A stretch of DNA of 52,349 nt from a virus (Duplodnaviria > Caudoviricetes). Below the pieces are notes generated by a model. That model saw only the letters and a program-made list of their open reading frames with translations. It did not search any database and was not told the origin of the DNA. Each line of letters begins with the position of its first letter. The stretch's first letter is position 1. The DNA lies in IMG/VR virus record IMGVR_UViG_3300045257_000113, positions 1 through 52,349 of that record, one strand, 5' to 3'. Below, piece after piece: positions 43,319 through 51,322 of the stretch. Made by a program: the position numbers and the translations under genes.

Positions 43319-43576
43319 ACTGGCTCATCCCCCTTCCCCGCAACCACTTGCGGCGAACTGGTGGTTTGCCTCTACCCTTAGCCGCGCTGTCAAACCGACC
43401 GTTTGCCTCTTCTTGTCGCGATCCAATCACCGCTGTCCGCTGGCTGTGCAAACTGAGCCATACCGTCGGGGGGTGCTGGTAGGGTGGTCGGGGGGACTTA
43501 TCCCCTGTCGCACTACGGACTTACCACGGAACCGGTTAGCCATTTAGGGTGGTCGCAGATGGGACCCGATGGACGA

Positions 43577-43608
43577 TTGCTGCGCTTTTGCTGCGCTTTT
43601 GCTGCGCT
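43577..43608. repeat. Tandem 11-bp repeat TTGCTGCGCTT x3
   Basis: Seen directly in the divergent intergenic region. Confidence 0.85.
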
Positions 43609-43639
43609 AGGGACAAATGAGAATGTCGGCATTGGGAGT

Positions 43640-43711
43640 TGTATCACAAATAGGGCTATACTGGACCATTTGGTTTGTGATACACTTTGGGGAGCAGGCA
43701 TTTGTGATACA
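43640..43711 (+). promoter_or_regulatory. Three copies of the 11-bp site TGTATCACAAA (one forward, two reverse) around a TATACT -10 element
   Basis: 43640-43650, 43674-43684 and 43701-43711; TATACT at 43657-43662; the last copy abuts the SD of the RHH gene. Confidence 0.7.
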
Positions 43712-43721
43712 GGAGAAAGTG

Positions 43722-44321
43722 ATGAGCGAGGTGTTGCATTTGCGTTGGGAGAAGGATGAGGAGATAGCCGCGAAGAAGGCGGCTGATCGGTGCGGGGAGA
43801 AATATTCGTCATGGCTTAGACGGGTGATTGGAGAGGCAGCCGCTCGTGGGGACGAGGTGCTATGCGCGGTGGTTCAGGATTCTAAGAGCTATGAGCCGGT
43901 GGTTGCTGTGGAAAAGATACCAAGGCAGCTTGACGATGCTATGCCGGACAAGTTGCCGCCGAGCTACGCGCCTGGATCGACTGGTCAGCCGAACATTGAG
44001 GGAACCAGGTTTAGACAGAAGGAGCGTGGTCAGTTGTGTGCGCGTTGCAGGCGGATTGGTGCGCCAGCGTGTCCTGCTTGTCGGAAGCTGGTAGAATTGG
44101 GGCATGGAGATACTGGACCCTCCGGGGCTACTACTGGATTACAGATGGGTGCAGGAGAACCCCCAGGAGCCGGTGCCGTGCCCGTGGCAGGAGGAGCCGT
44201 TGAGGAACCTACGGTCGTTCTACAAGGACAATCCGCGGGGGTTTCTGGAGCAGATGGTGCGGTTAGAGACGGCATATTCGGCGGAGAAGGCGGAAGCGGC
44301 GAAGAGGGCGGGGCCGGCTGA
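43722..44321 (+). CDS. Ribbon-helix-helix DNA-binding protein with a CxxC...CxxC zinc motif
   Basis: VLHLRW.KDE...AKKAADRCG..YSSWLRRVI RHH pattern; AGGAG SD; CARC...CPAC. Confidence 0.6.
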   Translation: MSEVLHLRWEKDEEIAAKKAADRCGEKYSSWLRRVIGEAAARGDEVLCAVVQDSKSYEPVVAVEKIPRQLDDAMPDKLPPSYAPGSTGQPNIEGTRFRQKERGQLCARCRRIGAPACPACRKLVELGHGDTGPSGATTGLQMGAGEPPGAGAVPVAGGAVEEPTVVLQGQSAGVSGADGAVRDGIFGGEGGSGEEGGAG

Positions 44322-44403
44322 GCCGGCGAACTTGCCCAAGGACGAGGGGACGGAGCGGATCGAAGAGGTGATCGACAGGTTTATTGAGGACATGAAGAGC
44401 TAG
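44104..44403 (+). CDS. Possible terminase small subunit
   Basis: 99-aa helical protein upstream of TerL; call rests on position only. Confidence 0.35.
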   Translation: MEILDPPGLLLDYRWVQENPQEPVPCPWQEEPLRNLRSFYKDNPRGFLEQMVRLETAYSAEKAEAAKRAGPAEPANLPKDEGTERIEEVIDRFIEDMKS

Positions 44404-44406
44404 TTC

Positions 44407-44530
44407 GGGCATGTGGGGGAAGTCGAGACCCGGCCATTTGTTGGAGATGGCTGCACAGCGGCAGAGGCTCCACTAGATACGCCTATGCAGTAAGACTGTG
44501 CGTGCAGGCTTGACACGCCTGCCGTGCCTG
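44407..44530 (+). ncRNA. tRNA-like cloverleaf with a very long extra arm
   Basis: GGGCAUG/CGUGCCU acceptor-like stem, U8, GGG/CCC, GCCAU/AUGGC with a 9-nt loop, GCACAG/CUGUGC arm, and GCAGGC-UUGACAC-GCCUGC directly abutting the acceptor 3' strand. Confidence 0.5.
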
Positions 44531-44589
44531 GGCGCCTTGGAGAGACGGGTGGAAGCTGAGCGCAGGCGAGTGGAACGCGAGAAGCAGGC

Positions 44590-45054
44590 ATGATTGACAA
44601 ACTCGTCACATCGTTTGCTGAAATCGTGCAGGACTGTATTCTAGATCTGGGGCGACTTCGGCCGACTCTGGTAGAGCAGATGCTTAGAGCCGATCCGGTG
44701 CTCTGCGTCCTTTTGAAAAAGGAACGGGTGTGTTTTGACGAAGGAAGGCTTGAAGATCCTATTTGTGCCACAGTCAAGTATCGCGTTTTGGCGCGACGGA
44801 TTCACAATGCCGCGCAGTGTGTAAGGATTTTGAAAGCTAGGCAGCGCAGGGCGGTTCGGCTTCTCATGGGAAGCTTGCGTGATTCGTTCTTGGTTGCTTG
44901 CCCCGGTGCCGATCCCTGGCAGTATCGCTTATGGATTTCCCGGACATGGATGATGCAAACGGTCGTGGACTATGATAGCGCAGTTGAGGTTTTGGTAGAC
45001 TGCGTTTATGAATTCCGCAGAACAGACGCGGTATCACCACCTGGTTCCGCGTGA
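44590..45054 (+). CDS. Hypothetical protein
   Basis: 154-aa ORF overlapping the TerL start. Confidence 0.55.
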   Translation: MIDKLVTSFAEIVQDCILDLGRLRPTLVEQMLRADPVLCVLLKKERVCFDEGRLEDPICATVKYRVLARRIHNAAQCVRILKARQRRAVRLLMGSLRDSFLVACPGADPWQYRLWISRTWMMQTVVDYDSAVEVLVDCVYEFRRTDAVSPPGSA

Positions 45055-46852
45055 TCCTCTGGAGAACGCGCTGTGGCGGCGAAAGCTGCACCGAAAGTGC
45101 CGGGAGCACCCTGAGTATCGCCGGGCGGTCCAGGAGATGTGCCGGCGAGACATCCTGTTCTTCGTCAATGCGTTCGTGTATCAGTTCAATCCTAAAGCAA
45201 AGGGGGACGAGCCCAAGTTTGGCCCGTTCTGCACCTGGGACTTCCAGGACGAAGCCCTGCTTAGTTTGGTGGAGTCAATCCACGACCAGCAGGACACGGT
45301 GATCGAGAAGTCGCGGGAGATGGGGGCGTCATGGATCTGCCTGATCGTAATGCTCTGGTATATCTTGTTCCGTCCGGGAGTTCAATTTTTATTGGTCTCA
45401 CGGGATGTGGACTCTGTAGACTGCAAGAGTCCGGACAGCCTCTTTTGGAAATTGCGCTACATGCTCAGGCACCTGCCAGATTGGTTGGCGCCCCGCATGA
45501 CGGATCAGAGCATGTACTTATGCAATGAGATCCTTCAGAGCTACATCACTGGGGAAGCGTCCACGAAAAAGGCGGGCATCGGCGGGCGAGCCACAGCGAT
45601 TTTCCTGGATGAGTTCAGCCTAGTTAACGATGCCCAAGAGATCTACGATCACACGTCGGATACGGCCTCCTGTCGGATCTTCAATTTCACCCATAGGGGA
45701 GAGAACACATGCGCGAGCCGGTTGTGCAAGATGCCGTTGATCAAGAAGATCGTGATGCACTGGTCACAGCATCCCAGGAAGAATCCGGGGCTTTATCGGT
45801 ACAATGCCGAAAAGCGGGCTACCGAATCGCTGGACTCACATTACGAGTATCCGCCGGATTTCCACTTTGTTATGGATGGGACACCCGTTGGCGGGCCTTT
45901 CCCCGGACTGAGGAGTCCGTGGTACGACAAGGAAGTTCCCCGGAAGGGGTCGAACCGGGCGGTGGCGATGGACCTGGACATCAACCCCGAAGGGGCGACG
46001 AGCCAGGTCTTTGACCCGTTGGTGATAGCACAGCTTATTCGCTCGGGAGCTAGACCGCCCTCGTGGGAAGGAGATTTGATTTATGATGACAAAACTGGCG
46101 AGCCAGAGCGCCTCGATAAGCGAGCTGGCGGACTCATTAAGCTCTGGTGTCCCCTGGACGCTTATGGTCGCCCAGGCAAAGCCAGGTATATATTCGGTAC
46201 GGATACGAGCACAGGCAAAGGCGCTTCGCCGACGGTGTTTTCGGTTCTTAACGAGGACACCGGCGAGAAAGTCCTCGAATACACCAACTCGCGCATCTAC
46301 ATCCACCACGCAGCGCCCTTAGCCGTGGCGCTCTGCAAGTTTTTCTACAATGCCTTGATGATCTGGGAAGACAAGGGGCCGGGAGAGACGTTCGGTTTGC
46401 TTGTCCTCGATTTGGGATACGGCAACTGCTATATTCGCCAGGACGACCATCGGCTGGACAAGAAGATGTCCAGTGGGCCGAAATACGGCTGGGTGCCCAA
46501 TCCTGCCAATATACGGACCTTGATAGAAGACTACTCCGAAGCTCTCAGAAGGCGCGAGTACGTCAACTACTCAGCCAGGGCCTTGCAGGAATGCAACGCC
46601 TTCATGTACGACAAGAGCGGGTACGTGATGCACTCAGGGATGAAGACGGGGGACGAGTCGGGCATTGGGGTCAACCACGGGGATCATGTGGTGGCGGACG
46701 CGCTGACGTGCAAGTTGGCCAAGCGGAAGGCGCGAGTGAAGAAAAACGAACCTCGGCCGGTTCCTCTGCTATCCTTGGAGTGGCGCAGGGATTATGCTAA
46801 GAGGCAGGCAGAGGGCGAAGAGGCGGCCATTGTTTGGGATGCGATAGCATAA
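45008..46852 (+). CDS. terL: Terminase large subunit
   Basis: Walker A IEKSREMGASW, Walker B AIFLDE, nuclease YIFGTDTSTG and HGDHVVADAL. Confidence 0.95.
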   Translation: MNSAEQTRYHHLVPRDPLENALWRRKLHRKCREHPEYRRAVQEMCRRDILFFVNAFVYQFNPKAKGDEPKFGPFCTWDFQDEALLSLVESIHDQQDTVIEKSREMGASWICLIVMLWYILFRPGVQFLLVSRDVDSVDCKSPDSLFWKLRYMLRHLPDWLAPRMTDQSMYLCNEILQSYITGEASTKKAGIGGRATAIFLDEFSLVNDAQEIYDHTSDTASCRIFNFTHRGENTCASRLCKMPLIKKIVMHWSQHPRKNPGLYRYNAEKRATESLDSHYEYPPDFHFVMDGTPVGGPFPGLRSPWYDKEVPRKGSNRAVAMDLDINPEGATSQVFDPLVIAQLIRSGARPPSWEGDLIYDDKTGEPERLDKRAGGLIKLWCPLDAYGRPGKARYIFGTDTSTGKGASPTVFSVLNEDTGEKVLEYTNSRIYIHHAAPLAVALCKFFYNALMIWEDKGPGETFGLLVLDLGYGNCYIRQDDHRLDKKMSSGPKYGWVPNPANIRTLIEDYSEALRRREYVNYSARALQECNAFMYDKSGYVMHSGMKTGDESGIGVNHGDHVVADALTCKLAKRKARVKKNEPRPVPLLSLEWRRDYAKRQAEGEEAAIVWDAIA

Positions 46853-46856
46853 GGAG

Positions 46857-47039
46857 TTGACCATGAATCCGGAGAAGAGAAGTCCGCAGATCACGGGCGA
46901 TGAGCAGGTTATGCTTAACGTGGCGATGGAAGTGCTCAAGATGGCGAGGACGGATTTAGGCGATTTGGAAGAAGCGGCCGAAGGGTTTCTTTGCCAGATG
47001 TTCGCAAGATTAGAGCGACCAGGAAAGCGCGATGAGTGA
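46857..47039 (+). CDS. Hypothetical protein
   Basis: AAGGAG SD, between TerL and portal. Confidence 0.55.
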   Translation: MTMNPEKRSPQITGDEQVMLNVAMEVLKMARTDLGDLEEAAEGFLCQMFARLERPGKRDE

Positions 47040-48892
47040 AGAAGGTCAGCCGGGAAATAGATGTCAGTCGTCTTTGTCAGGCCGTGCAGCGTTCCCGGTT
47101 GGCGCTACGCAAGCCTCGCGAGGTCATGCGCGACATCGCCCGCCAGGTGGCCGGCGAATACTACTCCGAAGAAGGCGCCAAGAAGCAAGTCATCCTGAAC
47201 CTCCTGTCGATGTACCAGTCGATCATCGGCCGCACCCTCATCCCGCACAACCCGCGGTTCATGCTCTCGACCTTCCAGAAGTCGATCAAGCCAGCGGTAT
47301 CGGCTATGCAGGGCTGGACGAACAAGGAGATCGAGCGGATCAAGTTTGCCGAGACAGCCCGGCGCATCGTGACGAGTGCGCTGTACTCGGTGGGGTTCGG
47401 CAAGGTGGCGATTGCCAGTCCTGCCGATGCGGCGCACGCTGCCTGGAACCTTCAGGCGGGTGACGTGAACTTCTGGGACATCGACCTCGACGACATGGTT
47501 TGGGACATGCACGCCCGCAAGTGGTCTGAGGTTTCCTTTATCGGCCATCGCATCCGGGTTCCCCTGGATGCGGTCAAGGACTCGAAGCTTTATGACAAAG
47601 CCAGAAAATTTCTTGAAGCATCGAACGATCCGATTTTCAATGCCGAGGGCGGTGATGAGCGAATATCAATGCTAGCTCGGACCTACCTCGAAGCAGACGG
47701 GCCGGAATTTCAGGATATGGTGGATTTATGGGAGATCTACCTTCCCCGCCACCGAACCGTCCTCACGCTGGCTGAGGGGCAATTGACGGGCGCCTACGCC
47801 ATGAACACGGCCAAGATGGGTGCATTGCGCGAGCAGGCGTGGGTTGGGCCAGATCGTGGACCCTACCATGTCCTGGGCTACGGGATGATCCCTGGAAACA
47901 TCCTGCCCAAGGGGCCGATGCAGGACCTCTTCAACCTGCACAGTACGACGAACATTGCCTTGCGCAAGTTAGTCCGCGCCATCGACCGCTTGAAGCAGGT
48001 CACGATGGTTAGGAATGGCATGGACGCGGACGGCAAGAGTGTGATCGAGGCCAACGATGGTCAGGCCATCGGCGTGCAAGACCCGTCGAGCATTGTGCAA
48101 GTGGTCATGGGAGGTGAGAATGTCCAGCTTCTTACCGGCATCGCCAATGCCTTCAAGGACTGGTTCGATTTCCTGGGAGGCAACCTATCGCTCCTGGGTG
48201 GCCGCGCTCCTCAGAGCCGGACTGCCACACAGGACAAGATGCTCGATGAAAACGCCAACGCGGGGGTCGCGGACCTCCAGCAGACGACGACGGACTACAT
48301 CTCGGACATAGGGCGGTCGATGTGCTGGTTCTGGTGGAACCACCCCAAGAAGGTGATGAAGGTCAAGCACTCCGTACCGGGCCTGTCGGACATGGAGATC
48401 ACGCGGCGGGTTTTTCCAGCCGGCGCCAATCGTCCCAACGGTCAGCCGCGGTTGCTTCAGCGCAATGGGCGGTTTGAGGATTTAGACATCGCGGTAGACC
48501 CGTACTCGCTCCAGCACTCCAGTCCGCAGCAGCGCTTCCAGCAGCTCAGTGCGGTGGTCGAGCGGATCATGCTGCCGATGCTTCAACTCATGGTCCAGCA
48601 GGGCAAGAACATCGACATCGACTTCTTCTTGAAGAAGGCTGCCGAGTACCTCGACCAACCGGACCTTGGCGAGTTGGTCAACATTACCGAGCCGCCGCAG
48701 ACGGATGAGGCTCCAGCAAGCGGCGGCCAACCGAAGATGCCGCAGAACACGAACCGAGAGTATACTAGGAACAACGTCAGTCAGCGCACGCCGCAGAGTG
48801 ATAGCCAGAACTTGACGGCTTCGATGCTGGGAACCGACATGGGTGGCAGTCCGAACAGAAACGGTAAGACTGCGGGGGCAGGTGTGGGATGA
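47036..48892 (+). CDS. Portal protein
   Basis: 618 aa following TerL; G.GKV, VDLWEIY and RTATQ motifs typical of P22/T7-like portals. Confidence 0.85.
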   Translation: MKKVSREIDVSRLCQAVQRSRLALRKPREVMRDIARQVAGEYYSEEGAKKQVILNLLSMYQSIIGRTLIPHNPRFMLSTFQKSIKPAVSAMQGWTNKEIERIKFAETARRIVTSALYSVGFGKVAIASPADAAHAAWNLQAGDVNFWDIDLDDMVWDMHARKWSEVSFIGHRIRVPLDAVKDSKLYDKARKFLEASNDPIFNAEGGDERISMLARTYLEADGPEFQDMVDLWEIYLPRHRTVLTLAEGQLTGAYAMNTAKMGALREQAWVGPDRGPYHVLGYGMIPGNILPKGPMQDLFNLHSTTNIALRKLVRAIDRLKQVTMVRNGMDADGKSVIEANDGQAIGVQDPSSIVQVVMGGENVQLLTGIANAFKDWFDFLGGNLSLLGGRAPQSRTATQDKMLDENANAGVADLQQTTTDYISDIGRSMCWFWWNHPKKVMKVKHSVPGLSDMEITRRVFPAGANRPNGQPRLLQRNGRFEDLDIAVDPYSLQHSSPQQRFQQLSAVVERIMLPMLQLMVQQGKNIDIDFFLKKAAEYLDQPDLGELVNITEPPQTDEAPASGGQPKMPQNTNREYTRNNVSQRTPQSDSQNLTASMLGTDMGGSPNRNGKTAGAGVG

Positions 48893-49320
48893 GCGAAGCA
48901 GACGTGACCCGCGATGCCTTGGACGAGTTCTACAAGGGCTTGTACAAGCGAGAACGCAACACCGGCAGGGCCGGCAACGGCAACCGTCCCTGGTCCAAGC
49001 CGCTGGCTTCGGAGGCCCTAGCAGTCAACCCCAAGCAGATCAAAGAGGCGGTGGAAGATGCTCGTGTTAAAGGCGTACCCACTGACTTTGATGGGGCTGG
49101 AAGGCCACTCTTTCGAGATCGGAAGCACCGCCGTCAGTACATGCAGGTATACGGGTTTTATGATCGGGACGGTGGTTATGGAGATGCCCAGCGTGGAACC
49201 ACCAGAGGGCAGGACAAAGAGCCTGATATTCCGGATTATCGGCATCTTGATGAGGCTGCTGCGCCGCCCGGTGTAGAGGTTCGCAAGGAAGGGGTGAGGT
49301 ACTTCATCGCCAATGGCTAA
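48889..49320 (+). CDS. Hypothetical head-region protein
   Basis: GRPLFRDRKHRRQYM...GFYDRD pattern, between portal and scaffold. Confidence 0.65.
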   Translation: MSEADVTRDALDEFYKGLYKRERNTGRAGNGNRPWSKPLASEALAVNPKQIKEAVEDARVKGVPTDFDGAGRPLFRDRKHRRQYMQVYGFYDRDGGYGDAQRGTTRGQDKEPDIPDYRHLDEAAAPPGVEVRKEGVRYFIANG

Positions 49321-49933
49321 CGAGATCCATTTCACTGGCAGCCTGTCGGTCTTCAAGCCTGCTGTCATGGCGCAGGCTACGGGGATGTCGTTCAATGACC
49401 TGATCGCCTCAATGACCGGCAACGTCGCTATCGGCCCGACCTCGATCCTTGTTGCCTTGGCGGGCACGGCTATTCCGCTTGGCCAAGTCACACAGCCCCA
49501 CTGGGCGGCCTTCTACTCGAACCCGCTCTACAACACGATCACGCAAGGCGCAGCCACGACGATCACGGGCGCCGCCAACAACGGCTCCGGACTGGTGCGG
49601 ATAACCGACACGGCTCACGGCTACATCACCGGCGACTTCGTGACGATTGCTGGTGTGGGTGGAACGGTAGAGGCCAACGGCAATTGGCCGATCACGGTCA
49701 TTACGGCGAACACGTTCGATCTGGTGGGCAGCGCCTTTGCAGTCGCATACACGAGCGGCGGGACAGCGGTTCTTAATTCTTCGATCCAGCTTAGGAACGG
49801 GTCTGCGGGAGCGAGCTTGGGGCAGTTGTTCCCTGGAGAAGCTGCTATTTTGCCGCTTCTGGTGGGCTCCACGCCTTACGCTTACGCTAGCCCGACGCTT
49901 CAGAATTTGGACTACGCAATCTTTTCATGGTGA
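49313..49933 (+). CDS. Virion protein with an inserted E1-FCCH-like beta domain
   Basis: ITGA....VRIT.TAHG..TGD.VTIAGVGG..EANG.W.ITV...NTFDL...YTSGGT. Confidence 0.65.
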   Translation: MANEIHFTGSLSVFKPAVMAQATGMSFNDLIASMTGNVAIGPTSILVALAGTAIPLGQVTQPHWAAFYSNPLYNTITQGAATTITGAANNGSGLVRITDTAHGYITGDFVTIAGVGGTVEANGNWPITVITANTFDLVGSAFAVAYTSGGTAVLNSSIQLRNGSAGASLGQLFPGEAAILPLLVGSTPYAYASPTLQNLDYAIFSW

Positions 49934-49936
49934 TTT

Positions 49937-50176
49937 GTGGACCCAGAAGTGCGTGACTGGATGCGGGCAATGAGGCAGAGTTTCTATTTGCTAGCGGGCA
50001 AAGTTCCTAATCCCCTTGTCGTTTCCGCAGCCATGTATCAGAAGATTTGCAAGGAGGTGGAACGTGGCAAAGACTTCCTGGGACCGGAGTTTTACCAAAT
50101 GCCGCCCACTTTCAGGGGTATCCCGATTGTGGCGGAAGAGGAAGAATGCGAGCCAATAGTCGTGACTGCCTCTTGA
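49937..50176 (+). CDS. Hypothetical protein
   Basis: TFRGIPIV motif; fills the operon gap. Confidence 0.55.
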   Translation: MDPEVRDWMRAMRQSFYLLAGKVPNPLVVSAAMYQKICKEVERGKDFLGPEFYQMPPTFRGIPIVAEEEECEPIVVTAS

Positions 50177-50201
50177 CAGTACGCCAAACGCTGTTGACAA
50201 T
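50173..50201 (+). promoter_or_regulatory. Sigma70-type promoter upstream of scaffold/capsid
   Basis: TTGACA (50173-78), 17 nt spacer, GACAAT (50196-201); a second TTGACA at 50194. Confidence 0.55.
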
Positions 50202-50248
50202 GCCAGAGTTACGTCACTAGTCAGAGCAGACCAAGTTATGGCTAGATC

Positions 50249-51292
50249 GTGGCCGACGAGCCGGAAGGCGTTGCTCTCATAACAGAGCCTCCGAAGGTCG
50301 AAGATCCTTACGACCTGGGAGACACGGAACTGCATCTGCGCCATGAAACGGAACCACTAGTTGGCGAAGGGCCAAAGGCTCCCGAGTCCACGCCGACAGA
50401 GGAGCCTCTTCCAACCGAGCCTTACCGCGACAAGAACGGCAAGCTGCACGATCCGGTAACGGGCGCCTTCCTTCCCGAGCCAGTCGAGCCTTCCCCGCCT
50501 TCACATCCCGCATGGCTTGCTCAGCAGGCCGCCGACCTTGGGTTTGACGAGGAAGATCTTGCCCAACCTACGGCGACCTTGACGAAGCAAGTCAACCGCC
50601 TCTTGAGACAGCGCGACCAACTCAGAGCAGATCAAAGCACACAGCGGACGCTCGAAGAGGGGCGGGTCAAGCCACAACCGCCAGCCGCAGAACCGGCTGA
50701 CGAATACGAGCAATACAAGGAAGAGGTAGCCCCGCAGATCCTCGACCTGCTCAGGAAGCAGGACGCCAAGATCAAGGCTCTCGAAGCATTGGGACAGAGG
50801 CTTTCTTCAGTCGAGCAATTCCAGGAGCAGCGCAAGCACGAGTCGCGGACGCAGTGGATCGACCGACTTGTGGCTGACGACGGTCGCGAAGCTCTCTTTG
50901 GCAAAGGCCCGATCGCGCAGCTCAAACCAAATTCTCCCGAGTTGTTTCGCCGCCAGGCTGTGGTAGATCAAGCCCGGCGCATGACAGGCGAGAAGGCCGA
51001 GCCGAAGGATTGGATACCCAAGATCCCCGAAGCAATCGAACTCCTCTTTGGAGCCAAGCCGACAGCGCCGCCGACTCCGGCCCCAACGGCTTCCAAGCAA
51101 AAGAAGACAGGCCAGCGCATCACCCCCGAGCAATGGGAAGCGGCAGCCCTCCAGCCCCCAAGTCACCGTAACGGGGCAGCCGAACCCAAGGGCGAGCAGA
51201 AGGCGATAGCTGCTCTGGACGCCAAGATGCGCGAGGCTGGGATTCACCCAGATCAACACGACGACGCCGAAGAACTCGAAACCCTCTTATAA
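50249..51292 (+). CDS. Capsid scaffolding protein
   Basis: Acidic Pro-rich N-terminus, coiled coil, directly before the capsid gene. Confidence 0.7.
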   Translation: MADEPEGVALITEPPKVEDPYDLGDTELHLRHETEPLVGEGPKAPESTPTEEPLPTEPYRDKNGKLHDPVTGAFLPEPVEPSPPSHPAWLAQQAADLGFDEEDLAQPTATLTKQVNRLLRQRDQLRADQSTQRTLEEGRVKPQPPAAEPADEYEQYKEEVAPQILDLLRKQDAKIKALEALGQRLSSVEQFQEQRKHESRTQWIDRLVADDGREALFGKGPIAQLKPNSPELFRRQAVVDQARRMTGEKAEPKDWIPKIPEAIELLFGAKPTAPPTPAPTASKQKKTGQRITPEQWEAAALQPPSHRNGAAEPKGEQKAIAALDAKMREAGIHPDQHDDAEELETLL

Positions 51293-51322
51293 AGGCTTGC
51301 TGACCAGGAAAGTGCAATTTAG

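Noticed and set aside
41875-43393. TTGACA hexamers on the - strand at 41875-41880 and 43388-43393 as early promoters
   Set aside because: No acceptable -10 element at 16-18 nt spacing
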